Positions 42,601 through 55,095 of a stretch of 64,000 nucleotides of DNA are shown piece after piece. The notes beneath the pieces were generated by a model. The model ran no database searches and was not told the DNA's origin. It worked only from the letters and a program-made list of their open reading frames with translations. Each line of letters begins with the position of its first letter. The stretch's first letter is position 1. The stretch lies in the NCBI RefSeq assembly GCF_009914755.1, contig NC_060947.1; one strand, given 5' to 3'. Origin of the DNA: the human T2T-CHM13v2.0 reference genome, Homo sapiens. The translations under genes were made by a program, and so were the position numbers.

Positions 42601-43504
42601 GAGTATCTGCTTCAAAACTAGGGACTATGGGAAACATACTGCCTCAATTTCAAGGAAAGATACTTAAATAGGAGTGTTTCTGGATATTACTCTCAGAATG
42701 GCTGTTCACTCTACCCAAACTAAAGGTCAGCTGGCTTTGGTCATAGAAGACTTTTACAGGCCAAAGTACAAGTCTAACTGCCCATAGTAGGTTGGGTGTA
42801 AGTACACCCGAGGCATAGGCAGGTTCAACTTCATGTTGAATCTAAAAGCCTTTGCGGGTAATTTGGGAAGCTGCAGGTTCAACTTCTTCATATTGAATCT
42901 AAATGCCTTTGGGGGTGATTTGAGAAGCTGCTAAAGTTCATAGGTATTTATTTTATTAAAGAGGCTGGTGTGGAGACTGAACCTGCCTATGTGGGCACTG
43001 TCAGGAGATGTACTGGCACAAAAGGAAGGTTATAGGAGAGGATAAGGGTGGGAGAGAAGCTATCTCTCCAGCTGTAAGTTTCCTTTCCCTGGGATGGTAT
43101 GTGGAATGCCACGTTTAAGAGGTAACATCCCTCTCACCGTCACTAAATAGTATCTCTGGAGGTATTTGGAAGCGTAGTTAAGCAGTATCTCCTCCTCCCT
43201 CCATCCTTCCCTTACCTTGTCTCAAACATACACTCTGGCCTCCCTCCCAGTGGAAATAACCAGCATATTCTCTTCTGGATTTCCAATTGCTCATTGGTCA
43301 CAGAAGTGTTTACATCCCATGCTCTATCTGGACCTCCCTGTTCCTCAATTCCCAACCGTCACTGGCTTCTTAAGCAATTATCCTCAACACAACCATCATT
43401 TGTCCTTATTTGGAGGGTGCAGGGGAGCAAGGATAAGAATAAGGAGAGGAAACACAGCTGATAATGATCCCTCAACCCTATGAGGCGCAATTCAGGGTAG
43501 AACA

Positions 43505-43660
43505 GCACTTGTTAATTTTTCATGTGCACACCAATCACCTAGGAATCTTGTTAAAACAAAGATTCTGATTCACTAGGTCTGTGATGGTGCCCAAGAATTT
43601 GCATTTTTAGCAAGCTGCCAGGTGATGCCAATGCTTCTGGTCCTGGAACCACACTTTGAG
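43505..43660. mobile_element. MER5A-like hAT MITE
   Basis: aatcacctaggaatcttgttaaaacaaagattctgattcactaggtctg...aatttgcatttttagcaagctgccaggtgatgcc...accacactttgag. Confidence 0.8.
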
Positions 43661-45287
43661 TAAGAAGAGCCCAGAGCAAGGAGACTGTGATCATTAAAGG
43701 AAAAGGCTCTCGCAGACCAGCTCTTATCCATCTTTGTATCTTCTTGCCCTCCAAAGAAGGTTCTGTAAGAGACACATTTGGCTCGTTCTTACTCAAGTAT
43801 GTATCTGTCACATTCCCAACAAGTCCGTGTCCATTTCAGCCAGGTCTGTAGGTGGCATTACTAGATATCTGATGATAGCATTTAGAGTTGTTTTATTGTA
43901 GGGATGTGGAGTGGGGACTGAAAGGCAGGTTCAGCGAGGAAGTAGCTCATGAGCCCGGGTGACACTGTCTTGGCTTCTTGCCATACCCCAAAGTGCCCCT
44001 TTTAGAAACAACCTGCCCAAGAGAGCGAAGGTTGGCATGCAGTTCCAACTGCCTTTCCACTTTGCTTCTCTGGGTCAAGGCATGCCAGAAGGAGGCATGT
44101 AACATCTGCTCCTCAGCTGTCTGACTTCCCTTAAACAGGGTTAGAAACAAGAAGTACAACACAACCTGAATTCTATCTGGTTCCCTAAGAGACTGAAAAA
44201 TTGACTCCATTTTCAAGGCCTGTGCCAGGCACTCACTGATGGGAGGGATGGGAGGGAAGGGAAGTAATGTCACTTTCTAGCAGACCTGAGCCAAGAACTC
44301 CTCCAGGGAAGCCATTAAAAGCTTACCCAGTGTCATTTGAGGATCGCAAAATAGCAAAATTCCCCAGAAAAATTGCCCCCCAACAGTGTGCCATTAGTCT
44401 GAAATTCCACAAATTTGTTTATTTGTATTACTGCACTGAAAGCCTGTGCCAAAATGCAAGCGTGCTATCTGGAAGGGAATAAATTAAATCCTTATCAGTC
44501 ATTAATATTTCAACCAGAATTCTCTGTTCAGATTACCACCTGTTACCTTGCAGGATCCTCAGAGGGGGCTTTCCAAGACAGGTAAATGACCCAGAACAAG
44601 ATACCTGCCCAAGGAAGTGAGGCACCAAATGGATTGCGGGCATTCAGAGGGGCGCTGGTAGACTCTTGAGGATAAGGAAGATTCCCTCAAATACACTTCA
44701 CCTATTTTTCAACATTTGACCTTCTCCATGGATAAATTCTGGTACTTTATTCACTAAGATTTTAGTTATCTTTAACTATTTTAGCTGCCTTTGACCGAAG
44801 TCATACCCTTCTGATGGTAGTGGGCCTGCTGCCTGTTCTGTGTGTGGTGTTTGCTGCAATAGGTGATTTCAGCTTCAGGATTTTCCACAGTTACTGTGGA
44901 AAATTTTCAGAGGTAAAATCAGTTTGTGATGAGGTATGGTGAGAATTTAAGCTTTTAAAAATTGTTGTGATCAAAAATAATTCCCTCTCAATTATCCATG
45001 ATTGGCTAATCTACCTTGCCAATTACTCATTGCAACCAGGGCCTTCATCTTTGTAGCTCCCCAGAAAGGGGTCAAGCCACAGGCAATAAATGAGATGGGA
45101 AGGGATCAGGATGCAGCTCACAGAGGGGTAAGTGTATGGGTGTGGGTACAGGTCTTTGTGTAGGTGAACACCTTTGCACAATTAAGATTAGTAAAGCCAT
45201 TAATGTCCAAAGTCAGTCAGAACCTGTTAAACATTCTCAAATATCCTAGTACCTCACTGCAGTTTCCAAAGCTCCTTGTTCATTAAA

Positions 45288-45450
45288 CAGTGTTTCTTGA
45301 ATTGGGCCACTTGCTTTAGAATCACCAGAGATGCTTGTTAAATATTAATTCCTGGGTCATACCCTAGATGTATTGAATCAGAAACTATCAAGATAAGCAT
45401 TTTACCAAGGTCTATGGGCGATACTAACGCATACTCAGTTTAGGAATCAC
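45288..45450. mobile_element. MER5-like hAT MITE
   Basis: agaatcaccagagatgcttgttaaat...tgaatcagaaact...ctcagtttaggaatcac. Confidence 0.6.
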
Positions 45451-45914
45451 AGGTTTAAAAAGCCCCAGTACTACAGAGATATACAGATTCAGATTGAATA
45501 TTTATTGAATACCCACTGAGCACCAGGTATTATGCCAGGCACTTTCACATATGTTACTTCTCTATGTAACTGAGGTGCTATTGGCCTATGCAAGCATTAG
45601 AGAGTTTGGCTTTCAGGCTGGAAATCTAAGACTTGGAAGAACTAAGAGACTAGCCTCAAGTCACAGTCTCTGAGGGAAATAAAACAGAATGCTCTTTGAG
45701 ATGGTAAGTAGAGACAAAGGAATTATTTTCATTTTGACAATGCTTCTTCCTTTCTTTGCTTATTAGCTAATGATTCGTCCTCAGACATGCTCTGAACTAG
45801 ACGTCATGGCAAATGCCAACTCACTTATTAAAAATAAATGTATTGCAATCAGTTCATATAGCAATCACTGTGCCTTCCTCCCCATCCTTGCTATCAACAA
45901 ATTTAAAACCAGAG

Positions 45915-46150
45915 CTAAAATAATAACAGCTACCATTTATTAAAGCCGTACCACATGGAAGGCACTGTGCTAAGCATTTTACATGCCTTATCTCATGGAA
46001 TCATCACAATATTGCCACAAGCGAGGAACTCTCATCCCCATTTTCTAAAAGAGGAATGATAGGTGGTTCAAAATGCATAAGCAACTAGCTCAAGGTCCCA
46101 CAACTAGCTAAGTAGTGGAGCCAGGATTCGACCTGAGATCTTCCTGTCTC
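45915..46150 (-). mobile_element. MIR SINE
   Basis: ggcactgtgctaagcattttacatgccttatctcat...catccccatttt...gtagtggagccaggattcga. Confidence 0.78.
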
Positions 46151-46174
46151 TAGAGGCTGAATCAATTTCAACTT

Positions 46175-46410
46175 GGGTTGAAATTTCAAATGCATATAGG
46201 GGCTACGCAGACCACATAAAAGTGGTAGGTAATTGGACCAGGTGTGTTATAATAGGGAGTGGTGGGGCCTATGACAATCCAGAGAGTCCATGCTTCTGCC
46301 TGAAGACATTCAAATTCAATTTTCTTAAACCACTATGGGACAAACAAAATGCCTGCAACAGGACCTAGAAGGACTGGGAGTGGAAAGTACACATTTCTGA
46401 CCTCTGCACT
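46175..46410. mobile_element. Decayed hAT-Charlie MITE (MER102-like)
   Basis: tcaaatgcatatagggg...atagggagtggtgggg...cattcaaattcaattttcttaaac...tgacctctg. Confidence 0.45.
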
Positions 46411-47950
46411 ATACTATATACCTCCTTTTAGCAGCTAGGTTACTGGTTGAGGGAAGCTCTATTAACTGGTAGTTATAACTACTGAGAACAGCAGAGAGAA
46501 AAGCTCTTCTCAGTAAAAACTCTATTTTGACTTTCTTCTTATAGTGTGCCATCAAAGTATCTCAATATGGTAGAATTTTTTCTCCTTTGTGGAAATACTT
46601 GTGGTGCCATGTACATACACTCTATATCTAGTAGCTTTTCATGACTGAGTGCCAGCTTGACTCTAACTAACCTTCCCCCAGGCAATGCGGAGGCCCTCAG
46701 CAAGGTCAGAATGCTGGCACAAGGTCATTAATAAGCGCCCAGCAGATCAGAAGAGGTACATCACCATTGGTGGGGGGAGGCTGTGCTCTGGGACAACTTC
46801 TTAGGTTCTAGAACATGCAAACCCCAGGCCCACAACTGGGAGGCCACTGGGTCAAGTAAGGCTATGTCAACAGCCACCCAGGGTAGGAACTTCCCATATA
46901 CTCTGAGAAAGAGGCTCACCAACTTTAGACCAGGGTCTAAAATAGAGATGTAATAGTTGTCTGGAGTTGTAAACTAACCTAACCCAATCTGGTCATTGAC
47001 AATCATTACGTACTTTTTGTTGGATATTAATAGCCTGCCATAGTTAAAGTGAGGCTATAGATCTTCTCCCCATTAACATCACTACCAGCTATAACAGCAA
47101 GACTCAGACAATATTCTACTTCCCATTAAAATAATAGCAAATAGACATAAAATAATTTGATATCCAATTCTGTAGACCCAGACAAATTCAGCTCCCTTTG
47201 CTTCTAGGTGCTACAACAACACCTTGCATGAAGGTTTACTTGAGGCACACAAGACAACATTCTAGTAGCAGGATTCAGCTAACCAAAAATCCCCATCAGT
47301 GGCTGTCCACAGGACAATTTACAAATTGAACCTACAGTACCATTTTTTCTAAGGGATAATATTATAGAGCTTACTAGATGCTTATGTTTTCTTTATGCTA
47401 ATTTGGGAACTCCTCTACCATATTTCTAGCCAATCCACATATGTTGTACACTATTAATTTCACCAATGAGAAGTTTAATGTTAATTAACAAAGCCTCTGG
47501 TGCTCATTGGAGATAAACTCCTGAGGTGATTGTTACAATCACTTCTTGATTAGAATTCTTTAAATGCTAAATTACTATTCCTGGTCTATGTATTTCCAAA
47601 TGAGGGTAACTGACCACCTCTACAGTATAGATTAAGACTAACTGACCCATATATACACCACACAATTTATGTTGAAGTCTTATGAAATAAACTATAAGTA
47701 ACAGAACATTTGAGATATCATGTTTCTTATGGCCTTGGAAAACAGTAAAAGTTGTAAGAGCAATAGGAGGGTGGTGGAATGAACAATGGGACAGAAATTA
47801 GGAGATCTGGGTTCCAGTCTCAGCTCTGATATCCACTGCCTGGATGACCTTGGATAAATCACACCTATCTCTGGCTCTAGTTTTTATCATGTGTAAACTA
47901 GGGAGGTTCTTCTGGATGATGTTTGTGACTTCTATCTTTGACATTCTATC

Positions 47951-48264
47951 CACTGGGCATGGCAGCTCAGGCCTGTAATCCCAGCACTTTGGGAGACCAA
48001 GGCCGGAGATCACCTGAGGTCAGGAGTTCGAGATCAGCCTGGCCAACATGGTGAAACCCCGTGTCTACTAAAAATACAAAAATTAGCCAGGTGTGGTGGT
48101 GTGTGCCTGTAGTCCCAGCTACTCAGGAGTCTGAGGCAGGAGAATCGCTTGAACCCAGGAGACGGAGGTTGCAGTGAGCTGAGATCGTGTCACTGCACTC
48201 CAGACTGGGACAGAGTGAGACTCCATCTCAAAAAAACACAAACAAAAACAGCAACAACAACAAA
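47951..48264 (+). mobile_element. Alu (AluSx-like)
   Basis: Full dimer with an A/CAA tail. TSD gacattctatc (47940-47950) / gacattctgtc (48265-48275). Confidence 0.94.
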
Positions 48265-48479
48265 GACATTCTGTCATTAACTCTTGTCCAATTCTTACCA
48301 TCTCATTTCATTTCTTACTGAGAAAAGGCCATCCAAAATGAAGCTCCTCAAATTCTATATCTAGAAATTCCTCTTCATATTCATCTACTCTCTGCCTTTA
48401 TGAGAGCCTGTGATAAAAATATTGAATCCTTGAAATCAATGGTTAGTGTTTCAGCCAGTTGTGGCTTATCCTTGCACAT

Positions 48480-48660
48480 CCCAACTCTTCCACTTACTAG
48501 CTGTGAGACCTTGGGCAAGTTACTTAACTTCATTGTGCCGCAGATTCCCCAGTTATAAAGTGGTGATAGTAATAGTTCTTACCTCATAGGATTGTTGAGA
48601 GTTTTAAATAAAATAATTCACAAATGCATGTAAACACTTAGAGCAGTGCCAGGGCCATCA
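48480..48660 (+). mobile_element. MIR SINE
   Basis: ccacttactagctgtgagaccttgggcaagttacttaac is a near-consensus MIR core. Confidence 0.85.
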
Positions 48661-51291
48661 GTGAGCTTTCTTCGTGGACCCTGGAGTCAAGAGCCCGAGA
48701 GAGGCCCTCCATACTGTTCATTCTCCTCTGGAGCAGGCACTGCCCTGGCACACAAATGGCACATACCTATTTCTTTGTTCTTTTCTACTTCCTAGTGACC
48801 ACTTAGCAGTTGATAATCCTTTTAGTCACTTGCCATTCATATGATGAAAGCTCAACAGAGATGCACCTCTGGAACATCTCTGAGTCTAGGCAATTCTTCC
48901 ACTAATATATTACAGTCTCTTACAGCATTCAGTATACTTTGTGCAAGAGCTACTAAATGCATTCTAATCTTGGCTCTCTTACTAGCCATATGACCGTGAG
49001 CAAATTACAGAACCTCTGTGAGCCTCAGTTCCATCATCTGTTCAATGAGAATAAATATAATAGTAACTATCTTATAAAGTTGTTGTGAAGATTGGGATCA
49101 TCCACGTAAAATATTGACCATAATGTCTAACATATGTGTTCAATATATTAACACAGAGTAGCGAAGTGGTTGGTAAGGAATAGAATTAGTCAGAACCAAA
49201 CTGTGGAAGATATTCTTAACTATCCCCAAAGCCCTTCAAACTAACCTGTATGCCCTGTGAATTTGTAGCTGAAAAGAAGCTGGATGAGATCACCTTTGAA
49301 TACCCACAATGCTGCCTTGGGCATAAGAGGTTTGCTTGGGGACAAAAAAAAAGTGGGGAAAGAAAGAATTTGCTTGATACCTCAAAAAAGCCAGGGCACA
49401 CATACCACTAAGCCTAATCATGCCACCATTAAGTGGAATTGTCCAGAAGGACATGATCCCTTCTGATATTTTTTTTCTCTAAACTGGACATGATTTGGGT
49501 AAAGCAGCATGGATAGTAATATGATAACCTTAGCACTTGCTGGCTCAGAGGAAAGAATAATCTTTCTTCAAATGTGACCTCTATTTTAATGTGTTTAAAG
49601 TGGGAGCATGGAAGAGTGGATCCCAGATCCTGGATCCTGATCCTGCACTCAGACTAGGAAAAATGTAGTTCCAACTGGGCTCTCCCAGCCATGAGTTTTC
49701 TGAGTTTTTTAATTAAGGCTGATGCGTGAGTGGAAGTTAAGAACGTATTCGTTTGAGTGGATGGATTTTTTTCTTTTGATGTTGCTTGCCTAAGTCAGAT
49801 TGAAAATAGCAAAGGAAGGAGATATGGAAAAGATTAAAAGAGAAATTTTGCTAATGTGATTTTCCAGCATTTTAGTCTCTCTCTATTCTCTCCAGAACAA
49901 AGGTTAACTAGCTGATTCCATAAGCATAGATTCATGAGAAAGGATCCTGCTAAGGACCACCAGACTTTTTAGTCTTTTAAATTTTTTTTTTTTTTTTTTT
50001 TTGCTCCCCTCTCTTCTTCTGTATTCTGTATCTAACAGCATGGTGTATCCAGCAGGCCGAAACCTGGGTTATGACCAAAGGCAATTTTTAGCCACTTCCT
50101 ATCCCAGTGTACCCATAATCCATGAGTATCATCTCCTCTTCTCATTTCCTATTCAAGCCTATTCCTATATTTTCATGTGGAATCACTGATCTTTTTTTCA
50201 GATGAAGAAACTGAAGAGGAGGAACAGAGATGCTCAGTGACTAGCCCAAGGTCACACAGCTAATTGATAACTGAGCTGAGGTTGTAATGCAGGTTTTCCA
50301 ACTTTTGGCACTTCTCTAAGATGTCTTCCCAACATAATCCTTATTCTCTTGGCTTTCACTGCTGCACAATGACATACATAAAAATGACAACACTGTCAGT
50401 TTTAAGTAGGTGGCAGAGAGGAAGAATAAATCCACAGCAAGTTAATTAGAAATACAGTAAAACATGAGTTTCAGGCGCCACAATTAATCGTATCTACCAT
50501 TTAGTGCCTCCAATGTTAACCTGTCATAGTTTACCACCCTCTGATCTATAGTCAAAAATGAGCAAAACAAAGTCTTGAAGTCATATTACAGATCATAGAC
50601 CGTTGGAGCTGGATCAAGTAGTTTTAATCTAATTACCTCATTTTGTGGATGAGGAAAATAAGAACAAGAAAGGAAAAGAGATTTGCCAAAGGTGATGCAG
50701 CTCCCTAGTAGCAGAAGTAAGTTGAGCATCTAGACTAACAGATTATCAGAGCGGGGTCTTTTCCACCATGTTTTGCAGCCTTATCAGCAGAAAACTGTAC
50801 TAAAGTAACACCACAGATTTATTACTTTACTACCTTCTGTTATCTCTTTTTCTCTAATTGTCTAATAAGAGAATCGTCTAATTCTCTTATTCTCTAGTAA
50901 GTCATATTACCCCTACCTGATTTTTTTAATGTGGAAAACACTTGTATTATTATAGAATTTAAAATGTAAAATTAATTTCTGCTCATTGTCAACAAACAAA
51001 AAACTTCAAAAATATAGAGAAGAAAAATTACCCAGGTAAATTAAAAATCACCCAAAATTAAGTTTTAACATGTGTTCAGATTTGTATCCTGCCTTTTTAC
51101 TTTATATTATATTGGAAGCATTTGTCCAGACTCTTTAAATGTTCTTTAAAATTTTGATTTTTAATATTTGTGTTACTGTATCACAGTTATTTTATGACAC
51201 ATATGTACATATAAAACCATTACCTTATGTACATATATTTATATATTTTATATATATACATATAAGTCATTATATATGAGCCCATATATAT

Positions 51292-51298
<7 letters not shown>

Positions 51299-51338
<40 letters not shown>
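51299..51338. repeat. (CA)20 microsatellite preceded by a TA-rich tract
   Basis: Counted directly. Confidence 0.96.
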
Positions 51339-51342
<4 letters not shown>

Positions 51343-51589
51343 ACCATTATACAACTTTATGCATTGAGGTGGATTCCCAATTCACTAAGGCTTACTATTA
51401 TACCTCAACTTCCTCTAATGCCTACATTCTATCACAGATCTGAACACACAGTAAATATGTAATAAATACTTGCTGACTTTTAGTTTTTCTGGTCTTTTTT
51501 GGGATGATCATTATTCCTCCACCGGGTAGGGCAACCAAATTGAGAACATGACTTTCCATCCTCTTTAAAGCACATGTTATATAACTCAA

Positions 51590-52050
51590 CAGGCAGTATA
51601 GCAATGGTGGTTATGATCAGAAGCCAGACTCTCTGAGTTCAAATCCTGGATCTATCTCTTTCTTGTTGTATAGCCTTGGGTGAGGAGCTTAACCCCTCTA
51701 AATCTCAGTTTTTCTTTCTGACAAATGGGGGAAATATTAGTATCCACTGTGGTAAAAATTGAAAGATAAAATATGTGGAAAGTGAATACTCAACAAAGAT
51801 TAGTTGCCATTATTATTACATTTGCCAAAGGGAAATAGAGTACAGATTTGGAGTCAAAAAACTTGAGTTCTTGTTCCATCTCTGCTATTATCTAGCCCTA
51901 TGTCCTTGCATGAGTTATTTTAGTAGTCCATGTCTCAGTTTCTTCATCTACAAAATGGAGATAGCAATACTTGAGCTGTATAGCTTATAGGGATGTTATG
52001 AAGATTAAATGAGAGAATAAATGTGAAAGTCCTTTGAAAACTATGAAGTT
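51590..52050 (+). mobile_element. Two tandem MIR SINEs
   Basis: gagttcaaatcctgga...ctcagtttttctttctg and ctcagtttcttcatctacaaaatggagata...gaagattaaatgaga. Confidence 0.7.
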
Positions 52051-53331
52051 AAGTATAATTGCTAAGTATATAAAGGTAGATGTAACATGATTGTCGTATG
52101 GTAGGACTGGAGATGCAGAGGGTGCAGGAGACTAGGCTGAATACAGTGAGCCTGGGAAGATATTTTTAAAATAAAATTCCTTGTATTGGAAATATAGACT
52201 GTTATAGACAGAAGGGACCTTAGAGATCATCTAGTCCGTCATCTTAATGTTATATTTAAGAAAAAAGATTCAAAGAGGAGAGAGCTCAAAGTCACAAAGC
52301 CAGTCACAGAAATGAAACTAGAATTCATGTCTCTTGATTTCCCAAACACATTCCTAAAGCAATCACTGCAGATCCTTGTTTGTTGACCTTCATCAAAAAA
52401 AAAAAGTAGTAAAGAAAAAAATACAGTTATTTGTGGCATCCATGTTGGTAGTAACTGATTATTTGGGGTTTTATCACAAGGATAAGCCACATATAACATA
52501 GCTTTATTATATTTTTACCAACTTTATTCCAGGTGAGAAAAGTAAAGGCGCAGGAAAGTGATGGGTCGGGGGAGGATTCAGTCAGGGCGAATGACCTCAG
52601 ACTTGGCCAGATTCCCAAGGGATTGCTGTCATCCCCGGCAATGACCACTGTAGCACATGGTCTTTCTTTGATTGTTAATATTTACTTTGCAGTCAGTCCT
52701 TAGTTATGTGTTTTTGGAAAACTCGGTATAGTAGATGAAATTATCAGTTGCTTAAAAATACAATTGCCAATTGTTTGATTCATGTAAATTGATTACAGTC
52801 AGAGGACTATTCATTTTATGCTGGCATGCATACAGCCCACGTCAGGCAAGGGCTGCATCACTGATGGCAGCTCAGATATCGTCGCATTTCCTGAATTATA
52901 ACCCGTCAGGTACTCAGTAAATATATGTGTTGGATACTTTCATCTTTACATTTTTTTAGCTGAGATGAGAGCACATAAACATTTCCATCTGACAACCTTT
53001 TCAACTTCAACAGCACAGAAGGTTATTTTCAAAAGAAACAAGAAAGGAGTTTTTCAATAGCGAGCTCCAAAGGTGACTAAAAATGCCTTCCAACAAGGCA
53101 GACCATTAAGAAATGTAGTGTGAAGTGTGTTAATACAATAAACTCAAATGTGGTCTCACTAGTCTTAGCTCCTCAGAATGTTGGCTGCCTTCCCCAGCTG
53201 CCACTGTGGCCTGGACAGTGTACATCAAGGTTCACCCTCTTTCCTCAATCTTGAAGTGCCCCCTTTCCACCCTTCCGCTGAAGGAGACCTATGGCCAGAA
53301 GCAGCTTCCCCTCACCTTGTCACCCCCACAG

Positions 53332-53478
53332 GTCCTGCTGAAAGGGACTACCTGCCTTGGCCAGGAAGCATCAGGGAAAACAATTGGACAGCTCTGCCGT
53401 GCTGCAAAGATCATGGGCTGCTGCACCTAAAATGTTCACCAGGTGGGGCCCGCCAAAACTGGGCCTATTGTATCTGGG
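53332..53478 (+). CDS. GRIA3: Alternative GRIA3 exon (147 nt, phase 1-1) of a short isoform
   Basis: Branch-point-like ctcac (53311), acceptor ccttgtcacccccacag|GT and donor GGG|gtaagt (53479). Open in frame with exon 2: (C)PAERDYLPWPGSIRENNWTALPCCKDHGLLHLKCSPGGARQNWAYCIW(G). Agrees with my recollection of an annotated 144-aa GRIA3 variant. Confidence 0.82.
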
Positions 53479-55095
53479 GTAAGTGCCCATAGTTTGAAAT
53501 CAGCAAGGTGGAAGGAAAGGGGAAAGAATCTTGTTCACCAATTCCTGTTATGCCGCAAAGAAGATCTCCCCACTCTGGAAGCTTGAAAGGAACAAATTCC
53601 AGGCAAGTCAAAGTCAAGCCTACTTTACACAGTGGGAAGTAAACATATGGAACCCCTTAGCCCAGAGTTGGTGCCAGCTGAAAATATAAATACTGTCAGA
53701 TAAGGTTCAATACATTTATGACTGTTAAGGCAATGATAGGTTATTAAAGGAAACGAGGCTGTTTGGGGACATGTTAAATCTCTGAGCTCAAAATTAGTGA
53801 GGACAAGCGGATCCTCTGACAGCCTCAGTGAATGAGTCCTGAAGATATACATGGTCTCAGAACTGTGATTGTGTTCTCCAATTAAGCTAGGAAAAAATAA
53901 AGATGTGGTATTTAGGGCTGCTTGGCTCAAACTGAGATGCTAAAATCTCTGGTTTGCTCAGAGTTAAATTCTTCAATACATGTAAGGGAAGCAATGCGTT
54001 ATGGAAGAAAAAAACCCTAGTATCCTCCCTTTGCACTGCTGCTACTAACTAGCTATGAGACTGCCCCCTCTTTAGGCCTCACCTTTTCCCATTTGTAAAA
54101 TAAGGGAATTAGAGTAGGTGATTTCCAAGGTCCTTTCTAGCTTCAACTAGGTTTAATTCAAATGATATCACGAGGTTCCCTTGAAGGGTTTGGAGCGGGG
54201 GAGATCCTGCATCTTTCCTTGCCCTCCCTTGCTCAGGAGCTCAGAGTCTTCAAGATGTTTGAAAGATGCCCCTGATTCTACCAAGACTTGACTCCTTCAA
54301 GTCTGGCCTCCACAGCAGACGTCCATGCTCTGAAATTTATATCTCATGGCCTATTCCCCCACTCATCAAGCTCCCAATTGCCTGGTAAAGAGGTAGAACT
54401 GGTTAGATACAGGGGTTTGTTTTGTTCAGTGCGATAGCAAGGTTGGAGAAAGTTTGGGCTCCAATATTAGAGACAGCATTGTATGGGCTTTAAAGCTAGA
54501 GCTAGCCCGGGTTAGAATTCTGGTTCTGACATTTCTGTGCTCATCTATAGAACTTATCTCATCTATAGAATTACAGTGATAATATTGTCATCCCTCTAGG
54601 GTGATTGTCAGGATTAAATGACAGAATTCATATCAAATCCTTAGCATAATGCCTGCCATAAAGTAAATGCTGCCACTAGTGGGCGTCTTTTCCTGTTCTC
54701 CACTAAATAGATGTTGAGTTAAAAATTAAAACCAATAAATCAATAAATATTGAGCTAATAATCAAGGCTCAACTTTTAAGTTGTGGCAAATTATTTGGAG
54801 TCTCAGGGCCCCCATGTTTTGATAACTATAATGGCGTATTTGCAATTTATCAGGGGCATTCTGGAAACTGCACAAGCCAATGAGAGAACTAATTCTGGTG
54901 GGTGGCATTTAATTTTGCAGTAACCCCGCAGATCACACTACTTAGATGAGTGCTACTTTGACCACCTCATGGAACCAGTGCAGCCTGTGGGCATCCTGCA
55001 GGGAGGCTGACAGAAAGGGAAGTTCCAAAAGGTGACCCCATGATGTGGCACATCCATTCATAGTGCTGAACAATATTTTACCTTTCCTGTTCAAG

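Noticed and set aside
42819-42929. Direct repeats with internal dyad symmetry as a CRISPR-like array
   Set aside because: Only two adjacent diverged copies, no spacers, no cas genes, and a mammalian intron context.
46164-46185. 9-bp AT-rich hairpin aatttcaac/gttgaaatt (similar one at 1259-1279)
   Set aside because: Short and AT-rich, within or at the edge of repeats; expected by chance in 64 kb.
49982-50060. Poly-T tract followed by AGs as a cryptic exon acceptor
   Set aside because: No convincing downstream donor identified; most likely a simple mononucleotide run.
53178-53492. 104-aa standalone ORF
   Set aside because: Better explained as the reading frame of the spliced 147-nt exon; no promoter evidence nearby.
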